Source of the DNA: Mariniblastus sp.
GTDB lineage: Bacteria > Planctomycetota > Planctomycetia > Pirellulales > Pirellulaceae
Length of the DNA: 64,000 nt
Direction of reading: 5' to 3'
Assembly (NCBI GenBank): GCA_022447605.1
Contig: JAKVBG010000016.1
Coordinates: 28,376 to 92,375 of the forward strand
Below, one piece after another: positions 55,325-64,000 of the stretch (its first letter is position 1; each line of letters begins with the position of its first letter). A model generated the notes under the pieces. The model was given only the letters and a program-made list of their open reading frames with translations, was not told the DNA's origin and made no database searches. The position numbers and the translations under genes were made by a program.

Positions 55325-57976
55325 TTGCAAATCATGTCGGTAACCGGGGCAGGATTTCGAGAATCGGTGCAAGCCGCGCGGGAACGCTGGTGCCACGGCC
55401 GCGATACATTGCAAAAGTTGCACGAGGAGGGTGCACCGGGACGACGGGTGGTGAACGCCTTGTCGGATTTGCTCGATCACGTCTTGCTTGGCCTGTACCG
55501 GAACTGCCTGGCCGATTTCTCACCGGAAGTGGCAGGCAATGTCTCTTTTGTTCTGCACGGAGGTTGCGGGCGACGTGAAGTAGCGCCCTTCTCCGATGTT
55601 GATTCGATGCTGCTGTATCAGGGTAGCATGACCGATGAACTCGGCGAGTTTTCTCGCCGGATCGCCCAGGATATTACCGATGCCGGGTTCCAGCTGGGAT
55701 TTAGCTTGAGAACGCCACGAGACGCATGCACCATGTCTTTGAAAGATCCGGCTGTGTTCTCGTCGTTGACCGAATCCCGATTCCTCGGTGGCAATCCCGA
55801 ACTCTACGAAAATTACTTGAACCGTTTGCAGCGTTTGGCCAGTCGCCGCAGTACCAATCTGATTCGTGGCATTGTCGACGCGCGGGAGCAGGAGCGCTTG
55901 CAGTTCGGCGAAACGGTTTACCTGTTACGGCCGAACATCAAGAAGTCGCGGGGAGGGTTGCGGGATATCCATCTGATTCGTTGGCTGGGATTTATTCGGT
56001 TTGGTGAGACCGACATCGATCAACTCTGCCGGCGGCGGGCCCTGTTTGGTGTTGAAGCGACCCGCTTGCAGGCGTCCGCCGAGTTTCTTCTGCGCCTGCG
56101 AAATGAACTCCACTGGCAGGCCGATCGTGCCAATGACGGTTTTGGGCGAAATGAACAGGTCCGGATCGCAGAGAAATTTGGCTATGTCGGCGACGACGGT
56201 GTGTTGCCGGTTGAAAAACTGATGCAGGATTATTTTCGTTTTTCCAGCCAAATCAGGAACATCTGTGATCATTTCGTTGCCAAGAGCCTGAACCGTGGCT
56301 CATTTGCGACCAATGTTTTTTCGCCTCTGGTCACTCGTCAACTGGGTGAGAATTTCCTGATGGGTCCGCTTTATATCGGGGTCAACAAGACGGCTATCGA
56401 AAGTGTGCAGGGCGATTTGTCGGAGGTCCTGCGCCTGATGCAACTGGCCGCCGTTCATGAAAAGAAGATCGATTATCCCACTTGGGACGCGATTCGCCAC
56501 ACCATGACAAGCAAGACGGACATCGAACTGACCCGACAGTCGGCAGAGCAGTTCATGGCGCTGTTGGCCAACACGAAAATGTTGGCTGACCTGTTGAAGC
56601 TCCTTCACGAAATGCGGGTCCTGGAAAAAATCCTGCCGGATTTCAAGCATGCGCGGGGGTTGTTGCAATTCAACGAGTACCACAAGTACACAGTCGACGA
56701 ACATACGCTGAAGGCGATTGGTAACCTGACAGAATTCGAACAGGATCAAACGACCAAGGGAAAGGCTTATCGCAGTATTCAGGACAAGAGCGTTTTGCAC
56801 CTGGCGCTGTTGCTACACGATCTGGGGAAAGGCTATCCCGAGGATCACTGCCAGGTGGGTGTCGAAATTGCCAAGGCAACCGGTCAGCGGCTCGGCTTGT
56901 CGGAAGAGGATGTCGGGACGATCCAGTTCCTGATCAAGAATCATCTTTTGATGAGCCACCTGGCGTTTCACCGGGATATCAATGACGAAGAAATGGTGGC
57001 CGAGTTTGCTGCCAATGTGGGGTCGGTCCGTCTGCTGTCCATGTTGTATGTTTTGACCTGTGCCGATATCGATGCCGTCGGGCCGGGCGTGCTGACACCC
57101 TGGAAGCAAGGCTTGTTGACGGACCTTTATCGGCACGCCAAGAACATCTTGACCGGTCATCGGGAGGATGATGCCTACCTGACACGCCAGGCAGAATTCT
57201 ATCAGCAGATCGCCGACACGGCAGAAGATCCGGAAATGGCTGCCTGGCTGAACCACGCGGCCCAGAACCTGCCTCGTAATTTTTGCGAGCAGCATGAGCC
57301 CCAGGCAATTTCCGGACAACTACAGCAATTGCGAGGCATGGCCGATGACCAGGTTCAGTGTAGCGTGGGCCGGGTCAAGGACAGGAAGTTGATCGAATTG
57401 TGTATCGGCAAGCGCGAGGAACGAAGGGCGGGTGTTTTTTATCGTATGACGGGTTTGCTTGCCAGCATGGGATTCTCGATTACGTCCGTCGATATCAAGC
57501 CGATTGGCGACTCCCTGATTTTTTACTGGTTCAAGTTCTCCGATCCTGATTTCAAACGTACTCCCCAGCGGCGCTTGGACGAAATTCAACGTCGAGCCCT
57601 GGCTCTGATCGAGGGGGGTGACAAGAGTCCTCCCAAGTTTCGAACCAAGTGGAAGAAACGTGGAGGCGGTAAGGCATTGCAGCTGTCGCGTCCTGTTATC
57701 GAAGTCAAGATTGACAATCAAACCGTCGATTCGGCGACAATTATTGATGTGTTTGCCTACAAGAAAATTGGCCTGTTGTATAGAATCTCGAGGAAACTGC
57801 ATGAACTTGGGCTGGATGTCAACTACGCCCGTGTTTCCACCTACGCCCACCAGTTGATCGCGGTCTTTTACGTCTGTGATGAAAAGGGGAATAAGGTTCG
57901 AAACAAGAATCAATTGCAGGTGATCCAGCAGGAAGTACTGCAGGAAACGAGTGGTTTCCTGCAACAGGAAGAATGA
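55325..57976 (+). CDS. glnD: [Protein-PII] uridylyltransferase / uridylyl-removing enzyme
   Basis: Nucleotidyltransferase GGCGRREVAPFSDVD, NIKKSRGGLRD, QFNEYHKYTVDEH, LLHDLGKG (HD), two C-terminal ACT domains; TTG 55325 or ATG 55334. Confidence 0.96.
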   Translation: MQIMSVTGAGFRESVQAARERWCHGRDTLQKLHEEGAPGRRVVNALSDLLDHVLLGLYRNCLADFSPEVAGNVSFVLHGGCGRREVAPFSDVDSMLLYQGSMTDELGEFSRRIAQDITDAGFQLGFSLRTPRDACTMSLKDPAVFSSLTESRFLGGNPELYENYLNRLQRLASRRSTNLIRGIVDAREQERLQFGETVYLLRPNIKKSRGGLRDIHLIRWLGFIRFGETDIDQLCRRRALFGVEATRLQASAEFLLRLRNELHWQADRANDGFGRNEQVRIAEKFGYVGDDGVLPVEKLMQDYFRFSSQIRNICDHFVAKSLNRGSFATNVFSPLVTRQLGENFLMGPLYIGVNKTAIESVQGDLSEVLRLMQLAAVHEKKIDYPTWDAIRHTMTSKTDIELTRQSAEQFMALLANTKMLADLLKLLHEMRVLEKILPDFKHARGLLQFNEYHKYTVDEHTLKAIGNLTEFEQDQTTKGKAYRSIQDKSVLHLALLLHDLGKGYPEDHCQVGVEIAKATGQRLGLSEEDVGTIQFLIKNHLLMSHLAFHRDINDEEMVAEFAANVGSVRLLSMLYVLTCADIDAVGPGVLTPWKQGLLTDLYRHAKNILTGHREDDAYLTRQAEFYQQIADTAEDPEMAAWLNHAAQNLPRNFCEQHEPQAISGQLQQLRGMADDQVQCSVGRVKDRKLIELCIGKREERRAGVFYRMTGLLASMGFSITSVDIKPIGDSLIFYWFKFSDPDFKRTPQRRLDEIQRRALALIEGGDKSPPKFRTKWKKRGGGKALQLSRPVIEVKIDNQTVDSATIIDVFAYKKIGLLYRISRKLHELGLDVNYARVSTYAHQLIAVFYVCDEKGNKVRNKNQLQVIQQEVLQETSGFLQQEE

Positions 57977-57991
57977 GCACCGGCCCGGCCC

Positions 57992-59341
57992 ATGAATAGA
58001 GCGGAACGATCCAGTTTGAAAGAGCGTTTGCAGGTGTTTGCCGTCATCTGTTTTTTTCTGGCGCTTGTCGCATTGCCCGTTTTGGCGTTGGCCCTGGAAG
58101 GGGAGCGTGCGCGATGGCACGCTGCAGAAGCCGTGAATCGTGTTCTGCATGCCCAGGACGATCGGGTGGACGCGGGTGATGTCTTGAAGCAGGCAGCCGC
58201 GTTGGACCTGGGCGATGACATGATGAAGTATGGGATTGCCCGGGTCCTGCTCGACCATGGTCATGCCGAGGCAGCACTGGAACTGGCGGAAGCCGTTTCG
58301 GAGAACCCGGATACACAGTACGCGGGAAATAACCTGATGGTCCGCAGTCTCAATCATCTCGGTCGTTTTGACGATTCGTTACTGGTCTACCAATCGATTG
58401 CCGAGCAACTCAAGGACTTTGAAGAATCTCAAAGAAATGCATCGAGTTGGCTGGATGGTTTGGCCGGCAGTGGCGAGACGGTACAGGAGGTCCGCAACCA
58501 GCGGCTTAACGGGTTGGCTTACCATCGTGCGCTGGCCGGTCGTGAGCTCCCTTTGGCCGAGGATAACATTGAACAGGTGATTGATGGACTTTCAGCGCGG
58601 CTCTGGTTTCCCGTCAAGGCCAGGATCTCGTTTGTGGAACGAACCCTGATTGCCATTGCCTTGATTGGTCGCCAAGTGGATCGCGGCCCAGAAGTGTTGC
58701 GTCTTCTGGATCAGTACATACCACGACTGGAGGCCGCTTCCGATGTGCAGGGGGCCCAAATGGCGGCCAGCCTTAACGAGGAACTGAAGGGCGAGTTTCC
58801 TTTCAGCCCAGCGGTTGAAAAATCGATCCGGCAACGGGCGGTGGCTTACCGGATTGGTCGTGAACGTTTGGCGACGTTGTTGGTTGTCCGGGCACTAGTG
58901 CTGGATGACCTGGGCCAGTACACACGTTCGGATCAGGACCGCCATCGAGTTACCGTCATGGGAATTGACCCGCAACAGGTGTTGAATGAGTTTCCCGACG
59001 ATATCGAGTGCCTGCGGACGCTGGAAAAAGCGGCAACCTACCTGGATACTCGCGGCGTGGTGATGATGAAGCGTGGCAGGCAGACCTCTGCCAAAAAGGA
59101 CCTGGATCTTGCGTTGACGGCCGCCGAGATGCTCAATCAGTCTTTTGCCGGGGGCATTCAGAACAGTGTCATGAACGAGGGTGGCCGGTTTTTCCAGGAA
59201 TCAAGAAGCCGTGAACTCGAGGCATCGGTCCTCTACCATCGAATGCAGCTGGCCGAGGAGATGGCCAAGGATGAGAAAGCGGCTGAAGATCGAAGCCGTA
59301 TCGAGGCGCTGGGATTTCAGCCTGGACCCTGGCTCAACTAG
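57992..59341 (+). CDS. Membrane-anchored helical (TPR-like) hypothetical protein
   Basis: One N-terminal TM helix; repeated LxxRA / YLDTRG helical motifs. Confidence 0.7.
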   Translation: MNRAERSSLKERLQVFAVICFFLALVALPVLALALEGERARWHAAEAVNRVLHAQDDRVDAGDVLKQAAALDLGDDMMKYGIARVLLDHGHAEAALELAEAVSENPDTQYAGNNLMVRSLNHLGRFDDSLLVYQSIAEQLKDFEESQRNASSWLDGLAGSGETVQEVRNQRLNGLAYHRALAGRELPLAEDNIEQVIDGLSARLWFPVKARISFVERTLIAIALIGRQVDRGPEVLRLLDQYIPRLEAASDVQGAQMAASLNEELKGEFPFSPAVEKSIRQRAVAYRIGRERLATLLVVRALVLDDLGQYTRSDQDRHRVTVMGIDPQQVLNEFPDDIECLRTLEKAATYLDTRGVVMMKRGRQTSAKKDLDLALTAAEMLNQSFAGGIQNSVMNEGGRFFQESRSRELEASVLYHRMQLAEEMAKDEKAAEDRSRIEALGFQPGPWLN

Positions 59342-59413
59342 CCTTGCCTTGGCATGCTGGAAGGGCAGGGGCGGTGGGGATACTCAGCCTGGGCAATGGG
59401 CGCGGGGAACGGA

Positions 59414-59557
59414 TTACCTGGATTGACCACGCAGCAGGTAGTAGCCGAAGAGGACGGTCGTGGCGGCCAGGATGCACCAGGTTGTTTCGTCAAACCGGCT
59501 GACTTCCTTTCCCATCGTTTCAATCAGACCAACGATTTGGCGAATGACGCTGTCCAT
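59414..59557 (-). CDS. Small (47 aa) single-TM protein, below the ORF-track cutoff
   Basis: AAGGAAG shortly upstream of ATG; MDSVIRQIVGLIETMGKEVSRFDETTWCILAATTVLFGYYLLRGQSR*. Confidence 0.65.
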   Translation of the reverse strand: MDSVIRQIVGLIETMGKEVSRFDETTWCILAATTVLFGYYLLRGQSR

Positions 59558-59945
59558 GTTGGGGCTTCCTTTTGGAATAACGAATTCGGTTTCCAGAGGC
59601 AGATCAAGGGGAATGGTGACGGGGGCAAGGCCTAGCCAAATATAGGTCTGAAGAACGTGGGGATGCCGAGAAAACAGAAAAATAGCTCGGCCGGTGCGAA
59701 TGGACTGATCCGGTTATGACTGCAGTAGCCGGGCCGGTCCTGTTACGTGCAGAGGCTCACAAAGTCGGGGTGATTGGTATCTTCGTTTGGCTAGCCTGCT
59801 GTTGCCGCTGGGCGCGCACAGATCGGAAATCAAGACCCTACGGGTTGCTGGGGTCAGCCGGACATTTCCCGTTGACAGGGGGCCTGCTTGCTGTCAGTAT
59901 CCCCGCTGTTTTTCAAAAAGTGACTCTCTCGATTTTGTGTTCCGG

Positions 59946-60746
59946 ATGAGTAAAATTCTGCGGAAACGATTAGTCGCCAGCGCTGCAGCCTGGGCAGTAC
60001 TCGGTGCGTTTTTCGTCTTCACTCCAGACGGTCAGCTGGGGGCCCAGGATGTCTGGTATCAGCTTGACTTTTCTGGCTTGGCGGATGAGAGGAAACGTTG
60101 GGATGGATCGGTCGGCTTTGGTCTCAATGGGACGGGTGGAAACAGCCAGAACGTGGACATTAACCTGAGTGTTGAAACCAAGAGGGAGACCGCGGACGGT
60201 GTGACAGATTTACTGTTCAACTATTTTTATTCGGAAAACGACCTGGTAGCCTCCACCGACCGGATTTTCTCCAAAGCGAGGCATGAGCACAAATTGGCCA
60301 ACCCCAACCTGGATTGGTATTACAGTGGTACCTGGGAATGGGATCGTTTCAGCGGCTACGATTTTCGAATCGCCTTGCATACGGGTGCCGGGTGGTTGCT
60401 ATGCAAGGACGATATCCGTTCGTTCAAGACCCGTTTCGGTGCTGGTTCTTCGCGTGAGATTGGTGGTGTTCAGGACGATTGGCCGCTGGAACTGCAGTGG
60501 GGTCTCGATTGGGAACGTAAACTGGGCAGCAAGATCAGGTTGTTCGCCACGAACGACTACTACCCGCAGTTCAAGGATTTTGCCCGTTTTCGGGTCAATA
60601 CTCGGGCCGGTTTGGAGACCGTATTGGATCCGGCCTACGGATTGAGCCTGCAGACTTTCGTGCTGAACCGGTATAACAGCACACCCGACCCCGGATTCCA
60701 GGCCAACGACATTGATTATGGCGTTACACTCGGATTCAATTTCTAG
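59946..60746 (+). CDS. DUF481 (YdiY-like) outer-membrane beta-barrel protein
   Basis: Signal peptide, alternating beta strands, GxNGTGGNS, C-terminal YGVTLGFNF (BAM-type terminal Phe); likely ATG at 59946. Confidence 0.85.
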   Translation: MSKILRKRLVASAAAWAVLGAFFVFTPDGQLGAQDVWYQLDFSGLADERKRWDGSVGFGLNGTGGNSQNVDINLSVETKRETADGVTDLLFNYFYSENDLVASTDRIFSKARHEHKLANPNLDWYYSGTWEWDRFSGYDFRIALHTGAGWLLCKDDIRSFKTRFGAGSSREIGGVQDDWPLELQWGLDWERKLGSKIRLFATNDYYPQFKDFARFRVNTRAGLETVLDPAYGLSLQTFVLNRYNSTPDPGFQANDIDYGVTLGFNF

Positions 60747-60904
60747 TCGTTTGGCGCTGACCGTTGGTCCCGTATAGGGAGACGCCCGACAGATCCTGGT
60801 CCATGGCTTCGATCACGGGAGTACCGGGTCGTGCCGCCAAATCGATGTTTTGCTCTATTTTTTTTGGATTCGCAGCAGATTGGAAACATTCTTTTAATGA
60901 CGAC

Positions 60905-60931
60905 TTGTAAAATTGACGAATTCAATATAAT
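60905..60931 (+). promoter_or_regulatory. Candidate sigma70 promoter of tRNA-Asp
   Basis: TTGTAA-N15-TATAAT in an AT-rich patch, 18 nt upstream of the tRNA. Confidence 0.45.
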
Positions 60932-60949
60932 TTCGTATTCCCCTTGAAT

Positions 60950-61023
<74 letters not shown>

Positions 61024-61029
61024 CTGTTC

Positions 61030-61065
61030 AAAGCCTCGTGAACTTTGTTTCACGAGGCTTTTTTT
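61030..61065 (+). terminator. Rho-independent terminator after tRNA-Asp (probably bidirectional)
   Basis: AAAGCCTCGTGAA-CTTTGT-TTCACGAGGCTTT followed by more T. Confidence 0.9.
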
Positions 61066-61117
61066 GGCTCTGCACCCGTTGGTGATCAGAATCGACCCAT
61101 TGCCGGTTGGCCGACCA

Positions 61118-62434
61118 TCATTGACCCGAATCGTGGGTCGGGTCCTGGCTAGGATCGGACGACAAGTCAACTGTGTGGCCCATCTCTTCCATCAATCGCG
61201 TGATCTCCCGGTCGAGCGGTTCCGTGTCCGGACCCATCTGCTTGTAGCGGATGATTCCCTCGGCGTCGATCAGGAAGATTGTAGGCCAGCCCTCGATATT
61301 CCAACGTCTGGAAATGGGTCCGAATTTTCCATCCGGGCCGTTCCAAAAACTGCGCCAAGTCAGGTTCTTCTGTTTGGCAATCTGGCGAATGGCTTCCCGA
61401 TCGCTATCGCTGTTGACACCGACGATGGCAAATGGCTTGCCCGACAGTTTTTCCACGAGCAACTGCTCATGGGGATACATATCCCGGCAGGGGGGTCACC
61501 AGTCACCCCAGAAATCGAGCATCACGATCTTTCCCCGGTATTCTTTCAGGGAAAACGTCAATCCGTCCAGATCCTCAGCCTGGATGTTGGGTGCCGGCTT
61601 TCCAACTTGCAGGTGTTGCAGGGAAAATAGCATGTTGGTCGCCAGCTGGCCGATGTTCTGGGCAGGACGGCCTTGGTTTTTGACACCAAAATCATATTCG
61701 CCATAGATCGATGAAGGATTCAATTCCTGTAGTTTGGATTCCAAATCGAAATTCTGGGTTGCCGATTTCCGGTAAAACTCCAGAGTCGATTTCTCGACAA
61801 ACGACTTCATTCGTTCGGTCCATTTTGGATTATCCAGAAAAACAACGAACCGGAGGATGGCCTGGTGCCCTTTGATATGGGCCATTTTGGCAACGGCCCG
61901 GACACGATTGTGAAGCGAGTTTTCGGCAAGTTGTTCCATCAGTTGCATGCTGGCTGGGTCGGGATACCCTTCGACCAAAACGGGTAACACGTCAGCAATC
62001 GGTTCGGTCTCGATGTAATCCATTCGAAGCAGTTCGATCGCGGTGCGGAAGTTCGGTCCGCTGGGCACCTCTTTCAATATCCACTGGATCGCTGCGAGAT
62101 TGCCCCGGTCGCCTCGGTTGTCCTGAATAATTTCGATTAACCGCGAGGCATAAACTTCCGGGTCCGGAGCAAGCATCTCCGTTTTTCCCCGTTCATCCTT
62201 TGCCTGGCCGGTAACAGGAGCCTTCTTTGGCCTCTGGTCAAATTGGCGTTGATGGTCTCTGTAGGCTTGAATCACCTCCGCCAGTTGTTGGCTGGTTGGC
62301 TGGACCTTGACGACGGGCGCGTTGCCTCGATCACGTTCCTGAGCCTTGGTTGACTCTGGTGGGGAAGAGGGTTGGCAGGAAAGGGCCGATAGGAGCAGCA
62401 GACAGCCGAGAGAATAAATCGGTAGGCGGTTCAT
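61118..62434 (-). CDS. Exported TlpA/redoxin-family thioredoxin-fold selenoprotein (UxxC), about 438 aa
   Basis: ORFs 61496-62551 and 61118-61480 are in the same frame and separated only by the TGA at 61498-61496: LDFWGDW-(TGA)-PPC-RDMYPHE...GWPTIFLIDAEGIIR; likely start MNRLPIY at 62434. Confidence 0.85.
61453..61495 (-). promoter_or_regulatory. Candidate bacterial SECIS hairpin(s) downstream of the Sec UGA
   Basis: GGGAT-ATGT-ATCCC starting 11 nt after UGA; CCATGAGC-AGTT-GCTCGTGG at +24 to +43. Confidence 0.5.
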
Positions 62435-62578
62435 GTTGGGCTCTGTGATCCGGGAAGGGGCGACACTCAAAAACGGAGCAAGTCGATTTGCTGATGATTG
62501 TACCGGTCGGATGCCGGCACGGTGGCCAATCGCACCAAGAAATTCGGACAAGAAACGGGCCTTTTTCCCGGGAAAGCT

Positions 62579-63397
62579 TCAGCCGGTCTTGGCGGAACTG
62601 GCAGCAAGCCCGGGCAATTCCGGGCCGACGGTCGCCAGCGGCTTCCCAAAATTGATCAACTCCAGGGTTCCATTCTGGTGTTCCACCAGGAACGACTCGT
62701 TTTCAACCCAGTCACCCAAGTTGATGCTCAGAACTCGGTCCTGTTGACTGATACAGGGTTGGTGAATGTGTCCGTACACAAACCCATCACAGTCCCGTTT
62801 TACCGTTTCCTCGATCAGGCGTTGTCGAATGGATTCTGGGCGGGCCATGAACCATTTGAAGAAACGCCTGATTTGATGACACAGTTTGGTAGGGAGAACC
62901 CACAGGATTCGATCGAAAATGCGGCTTCCCCAAACCGAAAGTCCCTTGGTCCGTTTTTCGACATTGTCGAAAAGGTCGCCATGAATCACAAGCAGACGTT
63001 TACCGGAACCGGTTGTATGAATGGTGTCTTCGGCCCACGTGAATGTTTCCAACTGATTGCCTATGGCAGAAAAAATCGGTTCGTGTTTCGGACAACGGCG
63101 CTCGTTCTTGAAGTCGGGATGGCGAAGGAAATCGTCATGATTGCCGGGGAGCAATACAATTTCACAACCGGCCAATTGCATTTCAGACAGTCGCTGGAGA
63201 ACCTGCTGGTGTTCTGACGGCAAAAACCAGCGGTGCATCAGGCGCCATCCGTCGATCGTATCACCAACCAGGTAAAGCCGTTCCGGTTGGATTTGCTTGA
63301 GCAGTTCCAGGCAAGCGGTGGCGTTGGACAAGCGAAAACCGAGATGCAGATCGCTGATGAAGACGGCACGGCAGTTCTGCAGGTCGTGTTTTCGCAT
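62579..63397 (-). CDS. Calcineurin-like metallophosphoesterase (UDP-2,3-diacylglucosamine diphosphatase LpxH-like)
   Basis: ISDLHLG, VGDTIDGW, GNHDD, HGDLFD, GHIHQP, NLGDW. Confidence 0.9.
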   Translation of the reverse strand: MRKHDLQNCRAVFISDLHLGFRLSNATACLELLKQIQPERLYLVGDTIDGWRLMHRWFLPSEHQQVLQRLSEMQLAGCEIVLLPGNHDDFLRHPDFKNERRCPKHEPIFSAIGNQLETFTWAEDTIHTTGSGKRLLVIHGDLFDNVEKRTKGLSVWGSRIFDRILWVLPTKLCHQIRRFFKWFMARPESIRQRLIEETVKRDCDGFVYGHIHQPCISQQDRVLSINLGDWVENESFLVEHQNGTLELINFGKPLATVGPELPGLAASSAKTG

Positions 63398-63423
63398 CTT
63401 GTTGAACTCAACCCCTCATCCGG

Positions 63424-63990
63424 CTAAGAACTTTCTGGCAAACGGGGGGCTGTCGATGAGCGACGTGTCAGGTTGACGGGCGAGGCAGGCAGACGGGCCA
63501 GATGCCTGCCAGGTAAACCAATCGTGTTGCAGGCGGAAAACATGGTGAACGCTACCCCGATGACCGAGAGCATGTTCCCCGTGCACCAAACACTAAAGGA
63601 ACCGGCCATGAAGGCCCCGATGGAAACCAGCTGGCCGAATACAAAGATCATGAGTCCCAGGCCAACCCAGCGATTGCCGGAAATCCAGAGGTTTCCGGTG
63701 CCCGGCATTCGGTGATCCGACTCCGTGAGCCGTTTCGTAGAATTGGAGAATTCATTATCCATTTCCGGCCGTGAACTACCGGACCGGATGGTCTGGATCC
63801 CGGTGGTAGACTGGAAACCGCGGTGGGCGGGGTTGTTTTTGCGCAGCACCTGCCAGGAAAGTGGGCGGTCTTCGGTGAGCTGACTGGCCACCAGTGGATT
63901 CGATTTGCTGCGAGTCTTGTAGCAGTGGTTACAAAGACGTGTACCATGCGTCTCAATTTGGCATCGTGGACAAGCCATGACTATTTTCAC
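63424..63990 (-). CDS. Hypothetical protein: N-terminal Zn ribbon plus two C-terminal TM helices
   Basis: CPRC-x9-CNHC; hydrophobic hairpin WVGLGLMIFVFGQLVSIGAF...MLSVIGVAFTMF; start GTG 63990 or ATG 63978. Confidence 0.7.
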   Translation of the reverse strand: MKIVMACPRCQIETHGTRLCNHCYKTRSKSNPLVASQLTEDRPLSWQVLRKNNPAHRGFQSTTGIQTIRSGSSRPEMDNEFSNSTKRLTESDHRMPGTGNLWISGNRWVGLGLMIFVFGQLVSIGAFMAGSFSVWCTGNMLSVIGVAFTMFSACNTIGLPGRHLARLPASPVNLTRRSSTAPRLPESS

Positions 63991-64000
63991 AGTGCAATTA

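Noticed and set aside
59623-59637. TGGCTAGGCCTTGC upstream of the 47-aa ORF as a sigma54 promoter
   Set aside because: GG-to-GC distance is 11, not the strict 12.

Overview
Bacterial chromosomal window, gene-dense and moderately GC-rich. Gene content points to a planctomycete (Pirellulales-like): AroD-AroE fusion, planctomycete-type ECF/anti-sigma pair and A2-type oxidase; this assignment is an inference. No transposases, prophage or CRISPR array were seen. Left to right: an A2-type cytochrome c oxidase operon headed by two cupredoxin-like paralogues, a 51-aa lipoprotein and a di-heme cytochrome c; purD; a NYN nuclease; pyk; a candidate sigma54-driven, GGA-rich small RNA with its own terminator; two CNNM/CBS genes plus an ABC-2 permease; an ECF/anti-sigma cluster; a tandem pair of DUF697-like GTPases; an orphan Flp pilin with a sigma54 promoter; an LMW-PTP/fructosamine-kinase pair; imuA-imuB-dnaE2 with a perfect TGTAC-N4-GTACA operator; hisH; a prepilin peptidase lacking its Zn cysteines; aroK; aroDE; mutL; a sigma54 activator; and a MacA/MacB-like pair. 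The main highlight (48353-53022) is a complete eukaryote-like ubiquitination operon: Ubl ending in -AG, a stand-alone E2, an E1, a membrane-spanning JAB peptidase and a membrane-anchored RING-type E3 candidate, all in housekeeping context. It is followed by NUDIX, pduO, glnB-glnD, an unannotated 47-aa membrane peptide, a DUF481 barrel, tRNA-Asp, a thioredoxin-fold selenoprotein candidate (in-frame UGA in W-U-P-P-C) and an LpxH-like phosphoesterase. All family assignments come from motif recognition by eye; no database searches were run.
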